Assembly: GCF_006345805.1 (NCBI RefSeq)
Contig: NC_042998.1
Location: forward strand, 158,720,001 to 158,784,000
Direction: 5' to 3'
Length of the DNA: 64,000 nucleotides
Source of the DNA: Octopus sinensis
Taxonomy: Eukaryota
Positions within the stretch are counted from its first letter, which is position 1, and each line of letters begins with the position of its first letter. This document shows, piece by piece, positions 52,746-64,000 of this stretch. The notes beneath the pieces were generated by a model. It saw nothing but the letters and a program-made list of their open reading frames with translations, did not search any database and had not been told where the DNA came from. The position numbers and the translations under genes are program-made.

Positions 52746-53143
52746 CAACACCAGTCTGCGCATGTAACTATCCTCCCCAACACATCTGAGCAACGACTTA
52801 TTCTGTCCCTCATTTCTCCGCATGTCCGCAATTGATCATAACTCCAAAATATCAAAATATAAGGTAAAATTCCAACTTTTGTTTTGTTTTCCTATTTAAA
52901 GTTTATTTCATATCTCATCTCGCATTGTTTTGGCCTCATCTAACAAGTTTCTTTAAGGAATATCAAACAGTGCTTCACCCTAAGTATTCTAATATATACA
53001 TACATAAATACATACTTACATACACACTTACATACATATGTACTCACACACCACACACATACACATACTGATGCGTGCTCGCACGTGTACGGAGAGAAAA
53101 TTAACCAAGTTTTCGATTATGTCAATACAATTAGCGCGTACTT

Positions 53144-53596
53144 GATTTCGTTGTCTGGGTAGGTTCACTACGTCAGTAATAATAACAACCACACGCACTG
53201 GTTCAATATCACTTCCTTATTGTTAGTCAGTTGGTTAGATATCTAATCAACTAATTAATCGATCATTTGTTTAATATGCTGGTTAAATAATCAATAATTT
53301 GTTTATTTGTCAAAGTCCTTTCGTCGTTTTCACCACGTTTTCGCCAGCATGGCCACAGCTCATAAGCTGAAACTAGAATCAATCAATCAATCAAAAACCG
53401 TCATCAATGACATGCACTCTCTCCAAGGTCGGCTTTGAACAACTGATTGATTGTTTAACCAACACATTAAACAAACGACCATTTAGTTAGTTGGTTAGAT
53501 GTTCAACCGATCGACTAAAAATAAGGAAACGGTATTGAACCACCGCGTGTATCTATTATTGTTGGTGTAATGATCCCCCCAAGACACAAAATTGGT
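53144..53596. repeat. Old fold-back/MITE-like element with ~155-bp imperfect inverted arms
   Basis: 53144-53300 aligns to the reverse complement of 53439-53596 (e.g. TGGTTCAATA..TTCCTTATT..TTAGTC); a SINE D tail fragment lies in the spacer. Confidence 0.7.
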
Positions 53597-53743
53597 TTCA
53601 ACCCAAGAATTTCCTTCAAGAGTCTTGTAAACCAAATACAAAAGCGATGTATTTGATTCTGTATACAACACTTTTTGTAAGCTCTGTGAGCATTTTAATG
53701 AGTGTGGTATCTAATGAATTTATTACGCTGTATTTGTATGTGT

Positions 53744-54066
53744 GGAGGCACGTGGTTTGGTGGTTAGGGTATTCGGCTTACGATTGTAAGGCCATGAGTT
53801 CAATTCCCGGCGATGCTTTGTGTCCTTGAGCAAGAAACTTTATTTCGTGTTGCTCCAGTGCACTCAGCTGGCAAAAACGAGCGGTACCTGTATTTCAAAG
53901 GGTTAGCCTTCTCCCTCTCTATGTCACGCTGAATCTCCCTGAGAATTACGTTAACGGTACACGTGTCTGTGGAGTGCTCAGCTACTTGTACGGTAATTTC
54001 ATGAGCAGGCTGTTCCGTGGATCGGATCAACTGGAACCCCCATCGTCGAAACCGACGGAGTGCCAC
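53744..54066 (+). mobile_element. tRNA-derived SINE family C
   Basis: A and B boxes (TGGTTTGGTGG, GAGTTCAATTCC), TGTGTCCTTGAGCAAG core; 3' half shared with 9258-9450. Confidence 0.85.
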
Positions 54067-54609
54067 GTTTGTATATGTAATGTTTTATGATTTGGTGAAT
54101 TACTTTGGTAAAATAGCCCTTCGTGATACCTGTTTGTTATATTCTGTGGATTTATCTAATATTTTTATTTACCGATAAATACGGAGATATCGCAAAACAA
54201 AAAGAAATAGAGCAATCTATTCAATTTTGAACAGAAAGATTTAAAAGATTATTAAAATAATACCAACTAATTAAAATTCAAACTAAATAAACAGATCACA
54301 GAAACAAACCACACAAAAGAATATCTAGGAAAACATTACTGAACAATACATCTGTAGTTTAGTAGAATTTCCCACAAATATAAGAGATTATCGACGGAAA
54401 GCGTACTTGAAACTGAACATAAGACTAAATGTAACACACAGGCAACTAGTCACAAAACAAATAAATACCTAAATCATGTGTGTGTGTCCGTCCTTTGGTT
54501 CAGTAGTGGCTATGAAGTGGTTCCGCACTTCTTAAAACCCTGAAAAATCCCGAACACAGTACTGGGTGCTGTGTAAAGTTGTAACCAAGACATATACATA
54601 TACACACGT

Positions 54610-54653
<44 letters not shown>

Positions 54654-54674
54654 GTTACAATTACTTAATAGTCA

Positions 54675-54737
54675 AGATAAAACTCTGAGTTTCAGATGCC
54701 GAAGTGGAAATCCACTACACCATCTCTTCGGTTATCT
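54675..54737 (-). ncRNA. Hammerhead-like motif (U4C variant), left arm of the palindrome
   Basis: Minus strand reads AGATAA-CCGAAGA-GATG..CATC-t-GAAA-CTCaGAG-TT-TTATCT. Confidence 0.65.
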
Positions 54738-54781
54738 GGCCAGATAACCGAAGAGATAGTCAGATAACCGAAGAGATGGTC

Positions 54782-54844
54782 AGATAACCGAAGAGATGAT
54801 GTTGTGGATTTCCACTTCGGCATCTGAAACTCAGAGTTTTATCT
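54782..54844 (+). ncRNA. Hammerhead-like motif (U4C variant), right arm of the palindrome
   Basis: AGATAA-CCGAAGA-GATG..CATC-t-GAAA-CTCaGAG-TT-TTATCT; 6-bp stem I, GUU triplet at 54836-54838. Confidence 0.65.
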
Positions 54845-54975
54845 TGACTATTAAGTAATTGTAACATATTATTTTATAGATAAATTTCCTCTATTTACAT
54901 AATATTGAGGTCTCTTTTTTCTTTTGTTATCTTACCGTTTTTATTAATATATATATATGTATATATATATATATG

Positions 54976-55064
<89 letters not shown>

Positions 55065-55124
55065 CTAGATAGATATAGATATAAATAGATATATAGATAT
55101 AGATATAGATATAGATAGATAAAA

Positions 55125-55420
55125 TGTACTTGGAAAAGGATGCGTGGCGTTCGATGATATAATAATATAAATAATATATAAATATATACATATATACATA
55201 CATATATGTACATACCTACATATATATGTATATATACATGCATATATTGGTACAGGACATCAAAAAAACGTTGAACACAATGATAAACGAAAACATAAAA
55301 ACAAAAACATAGAAACGACCTTTTTTTCAAACAACGAAAAAAAAAACAGATTACAAGACATACAACACAAGGAATACTTCCCTTCTTCAGTTGTACTTGT
55401 TTCATCTGCTCCGCGTTTCT
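55125..55420 (-). repeat. Unclassified dispersed repeat (relatives at 50165-50872 and 58630-59060)
   Basis: The GGATGCGTGGCGTTC..ATAATATAAATAATATATA block is shared with 59010-59060. Confidence 0.65.
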
Positions 55421-55427
55421 ATATATA

Positions 55428-56189
55428 TAGAGTGCGATTGGTAAATTGTCGCCAGTTAGGCCCTGTCTGTGAGAAAAACAGTACCATGATGCAATTCACT
55501 CTGCCAGAAATTTGGAAACAACATGCTGTACTGCTTGGCATTTACACCGGAAGCTCCAATACGAACATTTCAGAAGGTTTAGGTGTCAATCTGAGGACAT
55601 GTACCAGTCAACATCATGGTGTTTGGAGTGATCACTAGTCATGGTGACGTTATGCCTCCATTAATCTTCCCACACGGCCTCACACTCAAAACGGAGGCCT
55701 ACATCAAGTGCCTGGAGGGAGTAGTGCTGCCCTAGGTCAAGAGAGTGGCAACTGGAAGACCTAATGTCTGGCACCAGGACTCTGCACCATGCCACACAAG
55801 CAGGGGAACCCTATCATGTTATCAAACAATTTCTGCGACCACATCACCCCTAACATCTGGCCACCTAACTTCCCAGACTGCAACCCCCTTGGTTATTATG
55901 TGTAGGGCACAGTTAAGCGAGAGATCAACAAAGCTCTTTGTAACACCAAATAGTAAATGAAGACAAGGATCATGGTAGCATTCATCAACTTAGACAAGAA
56001 AATCATCCAGAAGAATTGCAAGAGATTCCGAAGTTATCTGGAGGCACTGGCGATTTTATTAAATAAATTTACTGTTTAGTATTTCAAGATATTTCTATGT
56101 AATTTTGGTCAATATATCTGTTAAAATGAAATGTCAGTGTTATTTTCATTTTTGCGTAATTTAGTTGACACTTTATTCAGCGCACCCTG
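55428..56189 (+). mobile_element. maT (DD37D) Tc1/mariner-superfamily transposon, internally deleted
   Basis: IMVFGVITS.GDVMPP, WHQDSAPCH..WPPNFPDCNPL(G), with 37 residues between the second D and the third catalytic position (one frameshift). Degenerate TIRs TAGAGTGCG / CGCACCCTG. Confidence 0.82.
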
Positions 56190-56198
56190 CGTACGTGC

Positions 56199-56200
<2 letters not shown>

Positions 56201-56229
<29 letters not shown>

Positions 56230-56345
56230 TGTATGTATGTATGTATGTATGTATGTATCTATGTATGTATGTATAGATAGATAGATAGATTGATAGATAG
56301 ATAGATAGATGATAGATAGATAGATAGATATAGATAGATAGATAA

Positions 56346-56401
<56 letters not shown>

Positions 56402-56417
56402 AGATAGATAGATAGAT

Positions 56418-56512
<95 letters not shown>

Positions 56513-56560
56513 GATAGATAGATAGATAGATGGATAGATAGATAGATAGATATAGATATG
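56201..56560. repeat. (TATG)n and (GATA)n microsatellites
   Basis: Direct periodicity. Confidence 0.95.
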
Positions 56561-56600
56561 AATGTATGTATATACGTATGCATGTATGTATGTAAATATA

Positions 56601-56764
56601 CGAGGGGTGATGAAAAGATCCTGCCTTTGGGTAAAAGAAAATATAACAGATTCAGTTAATTTCACTCTTAAATTCACACATTTATTGCAGTTTTTCTAAA
56701 CCCTGTAAAATAACAAGGCCTTTCGTGACACCCTTAACGCAAGAGGCTTTTCAGTACCCACTCG
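56601..56764. mobile_element. Mariner-derived MITE
   Basis: TA|CGAGGGGTGATGAAAAG ... CTTTTCAGTACCCACTCG|TA; imperfect TIRs with TA TSD, 164 bp. Confidence 0.72.
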
Positions 56765-56774
56765 TATATATATA

Positions 56775-56805
<31 letters not shown>

Positions 56806-57025
56806 AATACACACACATACATACATACATACATACATACATGCATGCATGCATGCATACATGCATACATACATACATACATACATACATACATACATAC
56901 ATGCATACATGCATGCATGCATGCATGCATACATACATACATACATACATACATACATACATACATACATACATGCATACATGCATGCATGCATACATGC
57001 ATACATACATACATACATACATACA

Positions 57026-57056
<31 letters not shown>

Positions 57057-58104
57057 GTATGTATATTATTGAAATTTCATCGGGGACTCGAAAGCCTTGA
57101 GTGTGATTAGGTGGATAACACTAAACATTTTCGTTCTATTATTCTGATATTATATCTTACTTAATTATAGTATATTTTATATAATTTTACATTTATTGTT
57201 TTTAATGCACACTTTGTATGACGTTCTTGCCATTCCTATCATTTATATATAACTTACTCTTACTCGTTCACATATATTTTGTAACCAGCATATTCTGAAT
57301 CCTTTTGGATAATAGAGAAAAGGTTAATAGCATGCGTATTTAAAAACAAAACGGAGCTAGCCTACCACAATCTATCGCAGGACAATGTAAGGAAAATTTT
57401 AAAACAAAGAACGCGGATAACTGCCAGTCTAAACTGTTCGAAATGTACCTGCCTATGAAATGGTCTCACGATATTTGGGGAGGAGAAACACAGGGTTTAC
57501 CATCAGGGGCATTGTTTAGGATCTCGATCCCTGGATTGGGGTCACATTGGTGACACCGCATGGGCACGTCATCAGTACCGACGTAACTTTCAACGATATC
57601 TAATCGAATGCGGTCACTTAAGCCACAAAAGATTTCCAGTATTATTACTTGTACAAGGTACTGAAAGCAAGGCCTACGAAATCGGTATCCAAACTAGAAA
57701 ACCCAGATGAATCACATTCGGAAGTAAAAACTAAAACTACAAAAACAACAAATTCTAGAGTTTGCTTATCATGAGACGGTCCCAGACACTACTCTGAAGT
57801 CATCAAAACTCATTGCCAGGAAACACAAGAACGCCTTTCTGTTAGGCTGAAGCAGCGAAGACAATGAAAGCTATCCCATACAACGCCACTAGGAGTAACT
57901 TAAAAACGAAAAAGGATAGTGCCTAAAAACAGTCAAAATCGTTTTTAAAATGCGAGGAGGTGAACTTTTCTCCGAATTCTTTGACACTAAGTGTGATTTC
58001 TTTCTTTATGAGGGGATCGTTCTGTTAGTTACAATGCTCATTTGTTACTAAACTGTCATTGCTTTTCATGAGAGTGTGGCACACACAAAATCGTACGATT
58101 ATAT

Positions 58105-58322
58105 ACTGACTTCAAATTTTTGGCACGAGACTAGCACTTTTAGGAAGTAGGTAAGTCAGTTATATCAACTTCAGTGTTCAACTGGTATTTATTTTATTGA
58201 CCCTGAAAGGGATGAAAAGTAAAGTCGAACCCGCTAAAATTTGAACTCGTGACGTAAAGACGGACAAAATACCATTGACCATTTCCCCCGGCTTGCTAAC
58301 AATTCTGCCAGTTCGCAGCCTT
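58105..58322 (-). mobile_element. SINE family A
   Basis: Reverse-complement head, core and tail. Confidence 0.78.
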
Positions 58323-58432
58323 CCGCGTTTATATTAATGCTTTAATGTTTGTTTACACACACGCACACACATATGTATGCGTGTGTGCGTGTGTGTGTGT
58401 GTGTGTGGGTGCGTGTGTGTGTATATATATGT

Positions 58433-58564
<132 letters not shown>

Positions 58565-58565
58565 A

Positions 58566-58597
<32 letters not shown>

Positions 58598-59080
58598 ATT
58601 TATCTAGTTTCAGCTCACAATATATTTATATATAAACAGGACAGTGGAGACATTCAAGGAAACCTAACGAAAGCAAACATGGAGGGTCGTTAGACCAGAA
58701 CGAGGGTAAACTAGTGAACGCTGGAGAAATATTTTCTTTGGCAAGAGAAAAGATAGGCGAGAGAGAGAGATAGGATACGTCCAGTCCTTAGGACAGTCCT
58801 GAAAGAAAACAAAGATGATCATGTGAGGAAAAGAAAGATTGATGATGATCACGTGTGAGCAACGAGAGAGGGAGAACAGGAGAAAGAGGGGAAGATGGAC
58901 AGACAGGTAGAAAACAGTGAAGAGGAGAAAAAGGGAATTAGAGAAAGGATGAGAGAGAAAACGATAGAGGAGAAAAACAGAATAGAGTCGCATCAAAAAG
59001 ATTAAGATAAACTTGGAAATGGATGCGTGGCGTTCAATCAAATAATATAAATAATATATATACCTACACACACACACACG

Positions 59081-59137
<57 letters not shown>

Positions 59138-59170
59138 GTGAATAATAACAGACGATGGACAATTGTTAGC

Positions 59171-59253
59171 TCATTACATATGTTTCTTACGCATTTTTTA
59201 AATAGAAGAATGAGAACATTAATCCATTACAAAAAACCGTAATCATCAGATGA
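59171..59253 (-). ncRNA. Type I minimal hammerhead ribozyme (left arm)
   Basis: Minus strand reads TCAT-CTGATGA-TTACG..CGTAA-GAAA-C-ATAT-G-TA-ATGA; all three stems pair; GUA triplet at 59177-59175. Confidence 0.82.
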
Positions 59254-59396
59254 AACGTTATTTAATTAACAAAAGAATATCCCAATAATACAGCAGGGAT
59301 GTGGGTGAATCCTGTGGAGGCTAACTTATACTCGACATACTTCAGCCACATCCCTGCTCTATTCTTGGGATATTCTTTTGTTTTTTAAATTACGTT

Positions 59397-59481
59397 TCAT
59401 CTGATGATTACGGTCTTTGGTAATAGAAGGATTTTCTCAATCTTCTATTTAAAAAAAAAACGTAAGAAACGGATGTAATGA
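59397..59481 (+). ncRNA. Type I minimal hammerhead ribozyme (right arm)
   Basis: TCAT-CTGATGA-TTACG..CGTAA-GAAA-C-GGAT-G-TA-ATGA; GUA triplet at 59475-59477. Confidence 0.8.
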
Positions 59482-59769
59482 TCTGACAATTGTCCATTGT
59501 CAGTTATTAGTCATTTGATTATAATAAACCAACGGGATTTACGATTTGTCGAACACCCTAGAGTATACCAACAACGTACAATTCAACGTAACACGTGCTG
59601 TGGACCAGCCCCTAGGCACTAAATACTCATCGTGTTGGTTTTCTCTGTGTACACAAACAGAATATCCTGTTTGATACTTACCAACCGTAGGCTGCAACCA
59701 CAGGTTTATCCAACTTTACCCGGTGCATATCTTTTGAAATACCTGGTTCTATGTGAATCTTCATTTTAC

Positions 59770-59889
<120 letters not shown>

Positions 59890-59903
59890 TAGATAGATAG
59901 ATA

Positions 59904-60555
59904 CCACTAGCTAAAATCAGATCTAAGGCTCGAATACCGCCAGGAACTCACAATAAAGATACGCACGAGCAATGCAATGAACATATTAGAAATAGGGTTA
60001 CCGTTGCGTTGAATACATCAGGAAGTAACTGTATATTTCAATAACTATTGATTTCATCCGCTGTATGATCAACATGCTCTGGATTTTCAGTTGAATACAA
60101 CATTTTTACATCTATTTCTAAAATATTTACTACATTAGCGCGCAAGCGTTCCTTACTTTCAACGTCCCGCTCCGTTTAAAAGAAAACTATCGTGAGCAAG
60201 AATATATATTTTTTTTTAAATTTATAATTAACGTTATTAATGATATTAACAAGATTATAATAAGGAGGCCAGCAAGTTCACACCATTACAGGCACAATAT
60301 AAGGCAAATTTAGATACGGTAGAGTATAAGTGCCACTTGCTAAAAACAGAGCCAAGGCTCGAAAACCACCAGAAACTCACAATAAAGATACGTACAAGCA
60401 ATGCAATGAACATATTAGAAATAGGTTTCCCTTTGCGTTGAATACATCAGTAAGTAAATGTATATTTCAATAACAATTGATTTCTCTCTCTCTGTAATCA
60501 ACATACTCTGGGATCTTCAGTTGAAAATAACATATTAACATTTACTTCTAAAATA
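59904..60555. repeat. Diverged direct repeat (~220 bp) at 59904-60125 and 60333-60555
   Basis: Shared AACTCACAATAAAGATACG..GCAATGCAATGAACATATTAGAAATAGG..TTGCGTTGAATACATCAG; roughly 80-85% identity by eye. Confidence 0.85.
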
Positions 60556-60701
60556 GTCACTAGTTAGATAGGTATTCTGCTCCTGCAGTGAAATGTGGCG
60601 CATACACATACCAGGTTGGGAGTTGATATGATAAAATATAAAAATTTCAGAATAGTATAACAGATGGCTTGCTGGTTTATATATATATATATATATATAT
60701 A

Positions 60702-61951
60702 CTAGCAGTATGACCCGTCGTTGCCGGGTCATAGTGCTAGTGCATGTATATATGTGTATATATATGTGTACATATTACATGTACATCTATATATATATAT
60801 ACATCTACACATAAAATACAAAATACAAAGTTATATTTTGATATCGCTAGTGATAACAATACTCAAAATATATAACAGACTGGAATTGTTAGCCGGTCTC
60901 TTGCAATTTCGATCAATTGTATCTTGTCCTCCCTTTTGTATAGAAGTGTGGCTACAATCCAGCCTACCTCTACTTTGGGAGGGGGGGGGGCATTAAAATT
61001 TTTTTTTCCGGGACGTCCTACGTCCCAGATATAAAGGTAAAAATAAAATATTTCCACTTTGCAAGGTCGAGTCGAGTACTCCCTTGCACGCTCCGTTGAC
61101 TCGAACCTTGCTTCTATTGTGGCGAATTTACCGCCTCTGATTAGATACCTTTCATAGTCGCACCAAGACACTTTTTGAAGGTGCTTTCTTCCATGTGTTC
61201 TTTTTTCTCTACATTTTTTTTTTCTTTACATTGTATACTTTTTTCTCTTCTTTTTTCTCTACATTGTATACTTTATAGACAATAGTCTTTTCTTTAATTT
61301 AATTTTTTATTATCCATCTTGACTATTCCATTTCTGCATGCTAATTTTATTTTTAATTTATTCCCATTCATGTAAAACCACTTATTCAAGTTCAAGTCAT
61401 TGATGCAATTTTATACCAATTGCTATTTTTACTTTTGTTATGTTACGATTATATTATACTTTAGTTTGATTTTAATTATTACTTACTACATATAATTCAA
61501 TTGTTATTATTATTTTTATTGTTAAAGTGTAAATATCTGACATAAAATAGAGAAACGTTTTTGTTTCACTTTTAACACGTAATACTGAAATAGTGGAGAA
61601 GATATAATATTGCTATGGGCCGCTCTAGGCAAGAAGTTGAACATTTTTTTTTTTTTTGGCTATGAAACTACATGGACCATAAATAAGGCATGTGCAAAAT
61701 TTGAATGGAATTGGTTGTGTAGTTATCAAGTTTTAGGGAATCGTAGTGGAGAAGATATGATATTGCTATGGGCTCGCCCTAGGCAAAAAGTTCAAACATT
61801 TTTTTGCCGATGACACTCCCCGGACACTAAGTAAGACATGTGTAAAATTTGAATGAAATTGGTTGTGTTGTTCTCAAGTTTTAGGGAAACACACAGACAG
61901 ACAGACAGATAGACAGACACACACACATTCTCAGTTTTATATATATAAAGA
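60702..61951 (-). mobile_element. Non-autonomous Helitron
   Basis: Minus strand starts A|TCTTTATATATATAAAA (5' TC) followed by (TCTG)n, and ends with hairpin TGACCCGgcaacgaCGGGTCA then CTAG|T. It sits between A and T with no TSD and has an internal ~150-bp tandem duplication (61590-61888). Confidence 0.8.
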
Positions 61952-61964
61952 TATATATATATAC

Positions 61965-62350
61965 TGAAACAAATGGACTCCAGTACTTGAGTTTTTAAAA
62001 ATCTGGTACTTATTCTATCAATGCTTTTGGTCAAACCGCTAAGTTATATGAATGTAGACAAATCAACCACAGTTGTCAAGCAGTGGTGGGGTCAACTACA
62101 ACACGCGCGTGCACACACGCACACACAAACATACATCCATTCACATGAACATGCAAACACACACAAACACGTGCAACCACACACAAACACGTGTATGCTT
62201 ATACGACAGGATTCTTCAGCTTTCCACTTACCAAATTCACCCACAAAGTATTGGTCAACCCGAAGCTTTTGTAGAAGACACTTGCCCAGTGTGCTGCGTA
62301 GTAGGATTGAACCCGAAATCATGAGGCTACAAAGTGACCTTCTTAACCGT
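61965..62350 (-). mobile_element. SINE family D, degenerate
   Basis: GAAGACACTTGCCCA, CCAAATTCACCCACAAAG and TACTTATTCTATC blocks shared with 50344-50760. Confidence 0.7.
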
Positions 62351-62529
62351 ACAAAGAAATAATTAAAAATAAAATCACGTAACTTCCTGCAGGCCCCTGC
62401 TCATTTGAAAATATTAAAAGTTATATTAGATGATGTAGATTGAGATAAAATTGAGATGGTCTGCAGCTAGATGCCTTGGACTAAATTATTTTGACCAGGG
62501 TGAAGCAATGATATTAAATTAATTTGAAA

Positions 62530-62745
62530 GCAGCGAGCTGGCAGACTCGTTAGTACGCCTGGCAGAAAGCTTAGCGGCATTTCGTCTGTCTTTACCCTCT
62601 GAATTCAAATTCCACCGAGGTTGAATTTGCCTTTCACCTTTTCGGGGTTGATAAAGTAAGTACCATTTGAGCATGGCGGTTGATGTAATCGACTATTCCC
62701 TTCCCGCCAAAATTGCTTGACCTTGTTCCAAAATTTGAAACCAAT
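62530..62745 (+). mobile_element. SINE family A
   Basis: Head, core and tail. Confidence 0.85.
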
Positions 62746-63636
62746 ATTAAACGAATTTTCTTGCGACTACTAGAACGGTTTTAACGATGTTTACGAAAAG
62801 AAATGCCTTATATAGCGGGCAGTCTTCTTGTGTGCTTTATGCAATGTTAAGAGTGAGGAGTGGATTAACAAAACCGTTTGTGTGTTCGAACAACGTTTTC
62901 TAGTAATATCTAGTTCTGATCGCCAATATCTTATTTATGAAATGTGTGGCTTTGTGCCAAATAACAATATTGGGTCCAAATTTTGGCACCAGGCCAACAA
63001 TTTCCGGGAGGATGTAAGTCGCTTACATCGACCCCAGTGCTCAACCCCGAAAGGATGATAGATAATATTATTTCCTAAAAATACTTCAAAGAACGTGCAA
63101 AGATTTAACGTTAGTGTAGTGTAAGGGAAGTAACTCTTGACTACTTGCTTCGGATTTTCTTCCGTGATTGTGAGCTGTCATGAGTGAGGGAAGCGAACAA
63201 TAAACAGAAACTACTACACAGATATAACATTATTTGATTTTAATTATGTTCTTGCAAACTACCAAATATTTCAGAAATCTGTTTCCACTATCATAGATTA
63301 TTTTATTAGAAAAAATTCCTATTTTATGTCTATAATTATTTAGTGGACACAGCAATGTAAATTAGTTATACATGTTGGTTTCAACTTACGATTGAAAGAT
63401 CAACTATTTCGTTCAATTTTTAAAATTATTTATTTATTTATTTATTTATCAATACTATAGCAAAATAACTATATTTTTACGTATAAAGGGACAAGCAGAA
63501 TGAATCGACGAAGTATATGGCTGGTACTGAGGTTATGAAATCGTAATAACATAACATTATGACTTTATTGTTATATTTCGGAATGGTCATTTTGCCAGTT
63601 TAGCCAATATTATGACTTTAATAATTACAAAATATA

Positions 63637-63850
63637 AGGCAACGAGCAGGCAGAGTCGTTGGCGCAGTGGAGAACATGCTTAGAGGCATTTCTTCTGGTT
63701 TTATACGTTCTGGATTCAAATTCCACCGAAGTCGACTTTGCCATTCACATTCACCTAACTGGCTCATAAACTAAATACAAAATGAAAACTGAGATAAAAG
63801 TAATCGACTACAAGCAATTGCTGGTCTGGTACTGAAGTTTACAAATATTA
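63637..63850 (+). mobile_element. SINE family A, degenerate
   Basis: Head and GTCGACTTTGCC core. Confidence 0.7.
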
Positions 63851-64000
63851 TTAATATACAAGCAGTGTAATTAATATACCGGCATTGATTTAAATAACTT
63901 TGTGGATGAACTCATCCACAAAGTTATACCAGTTAATTTGAAAGCAGAATCTAGACAGAGAAACTAAAATACTTTCATGTATTTTACTTTGTTTGCTAAC

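Larger units (their letters stand above)
54647..54872. repeat. Near-perfect palindrome (centre 54739/54740) with a triplicated 20-mer in the right arm
   Basis: The 93-bp left arm is the reverse complement of the right arm with about 3 mismatches; CAGATAACCGAAGAGATRRT occurs three times at 54741-54800. Confidence 0.93.
59135..59517. repeat. ~380-bp fold-back element (arms 59135-59309 / 59341-59517)
   Basis: Arms align over ~175 bp with ~22 substitutions by manual count; the spacer is partly self-complementary. Confidence 0.92.

Noticed and set aside
54741-54800. Three 20-bp direct repeats suggesting a CRISPR array
   Set aside because: No spacers, no cas genes and a eukaryotic context; it is a tandem triplication inside a palindrome.
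57370-57960. Coding-like unique sequence, possibly a retroelement ORF1 relic
   Set aside because: No continuous frame or diagnostic motif could be established by eye; needs BLASTX.

Overview
AT-rich, microsatellite-saturated animal DNA. It is most likely octopus or another coleoid cephalopod (inferred from the SINE families and the microsatellite load). I found no convincing host protein-coding gene, rRNA or bona fide tRNA gene, and nearly all tracked ORFs are translations of simple repeats. The window is a mosaic of decayed mobile elements: (1) several tRNA-derived SINE families; (2) at least five Penelope-like element (PLE) remnants with RT and/or GIY-YIG motifs; (3) L1/Tx1-like LINE pieces, one internally deleted; (4) an R4/Dong-like RLE retrotransposon 3' end; (5) mariner, maT (DD37D) and pogo/Tigger-like DNA transposons plus a MITE; (6) a non-autonomous Helitron. 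Two things stand out. First, about nine minimal type I hammerhead ribozyme (HHR) motifs can be read directly from the sequence. Four of them form two ORF-less fold-back elements that carry one hammerhead on each strand (54647-54872 and 59135-59517). Second, one SINE subfamily shares its 3' tail with the L1/Tx1-like LINE and is joined four times, at two loci, to the same position inside the SINE head, which suggests site-specific SINE-into-SINE targeting. All calls come from manual reading; no folding or database search was run.
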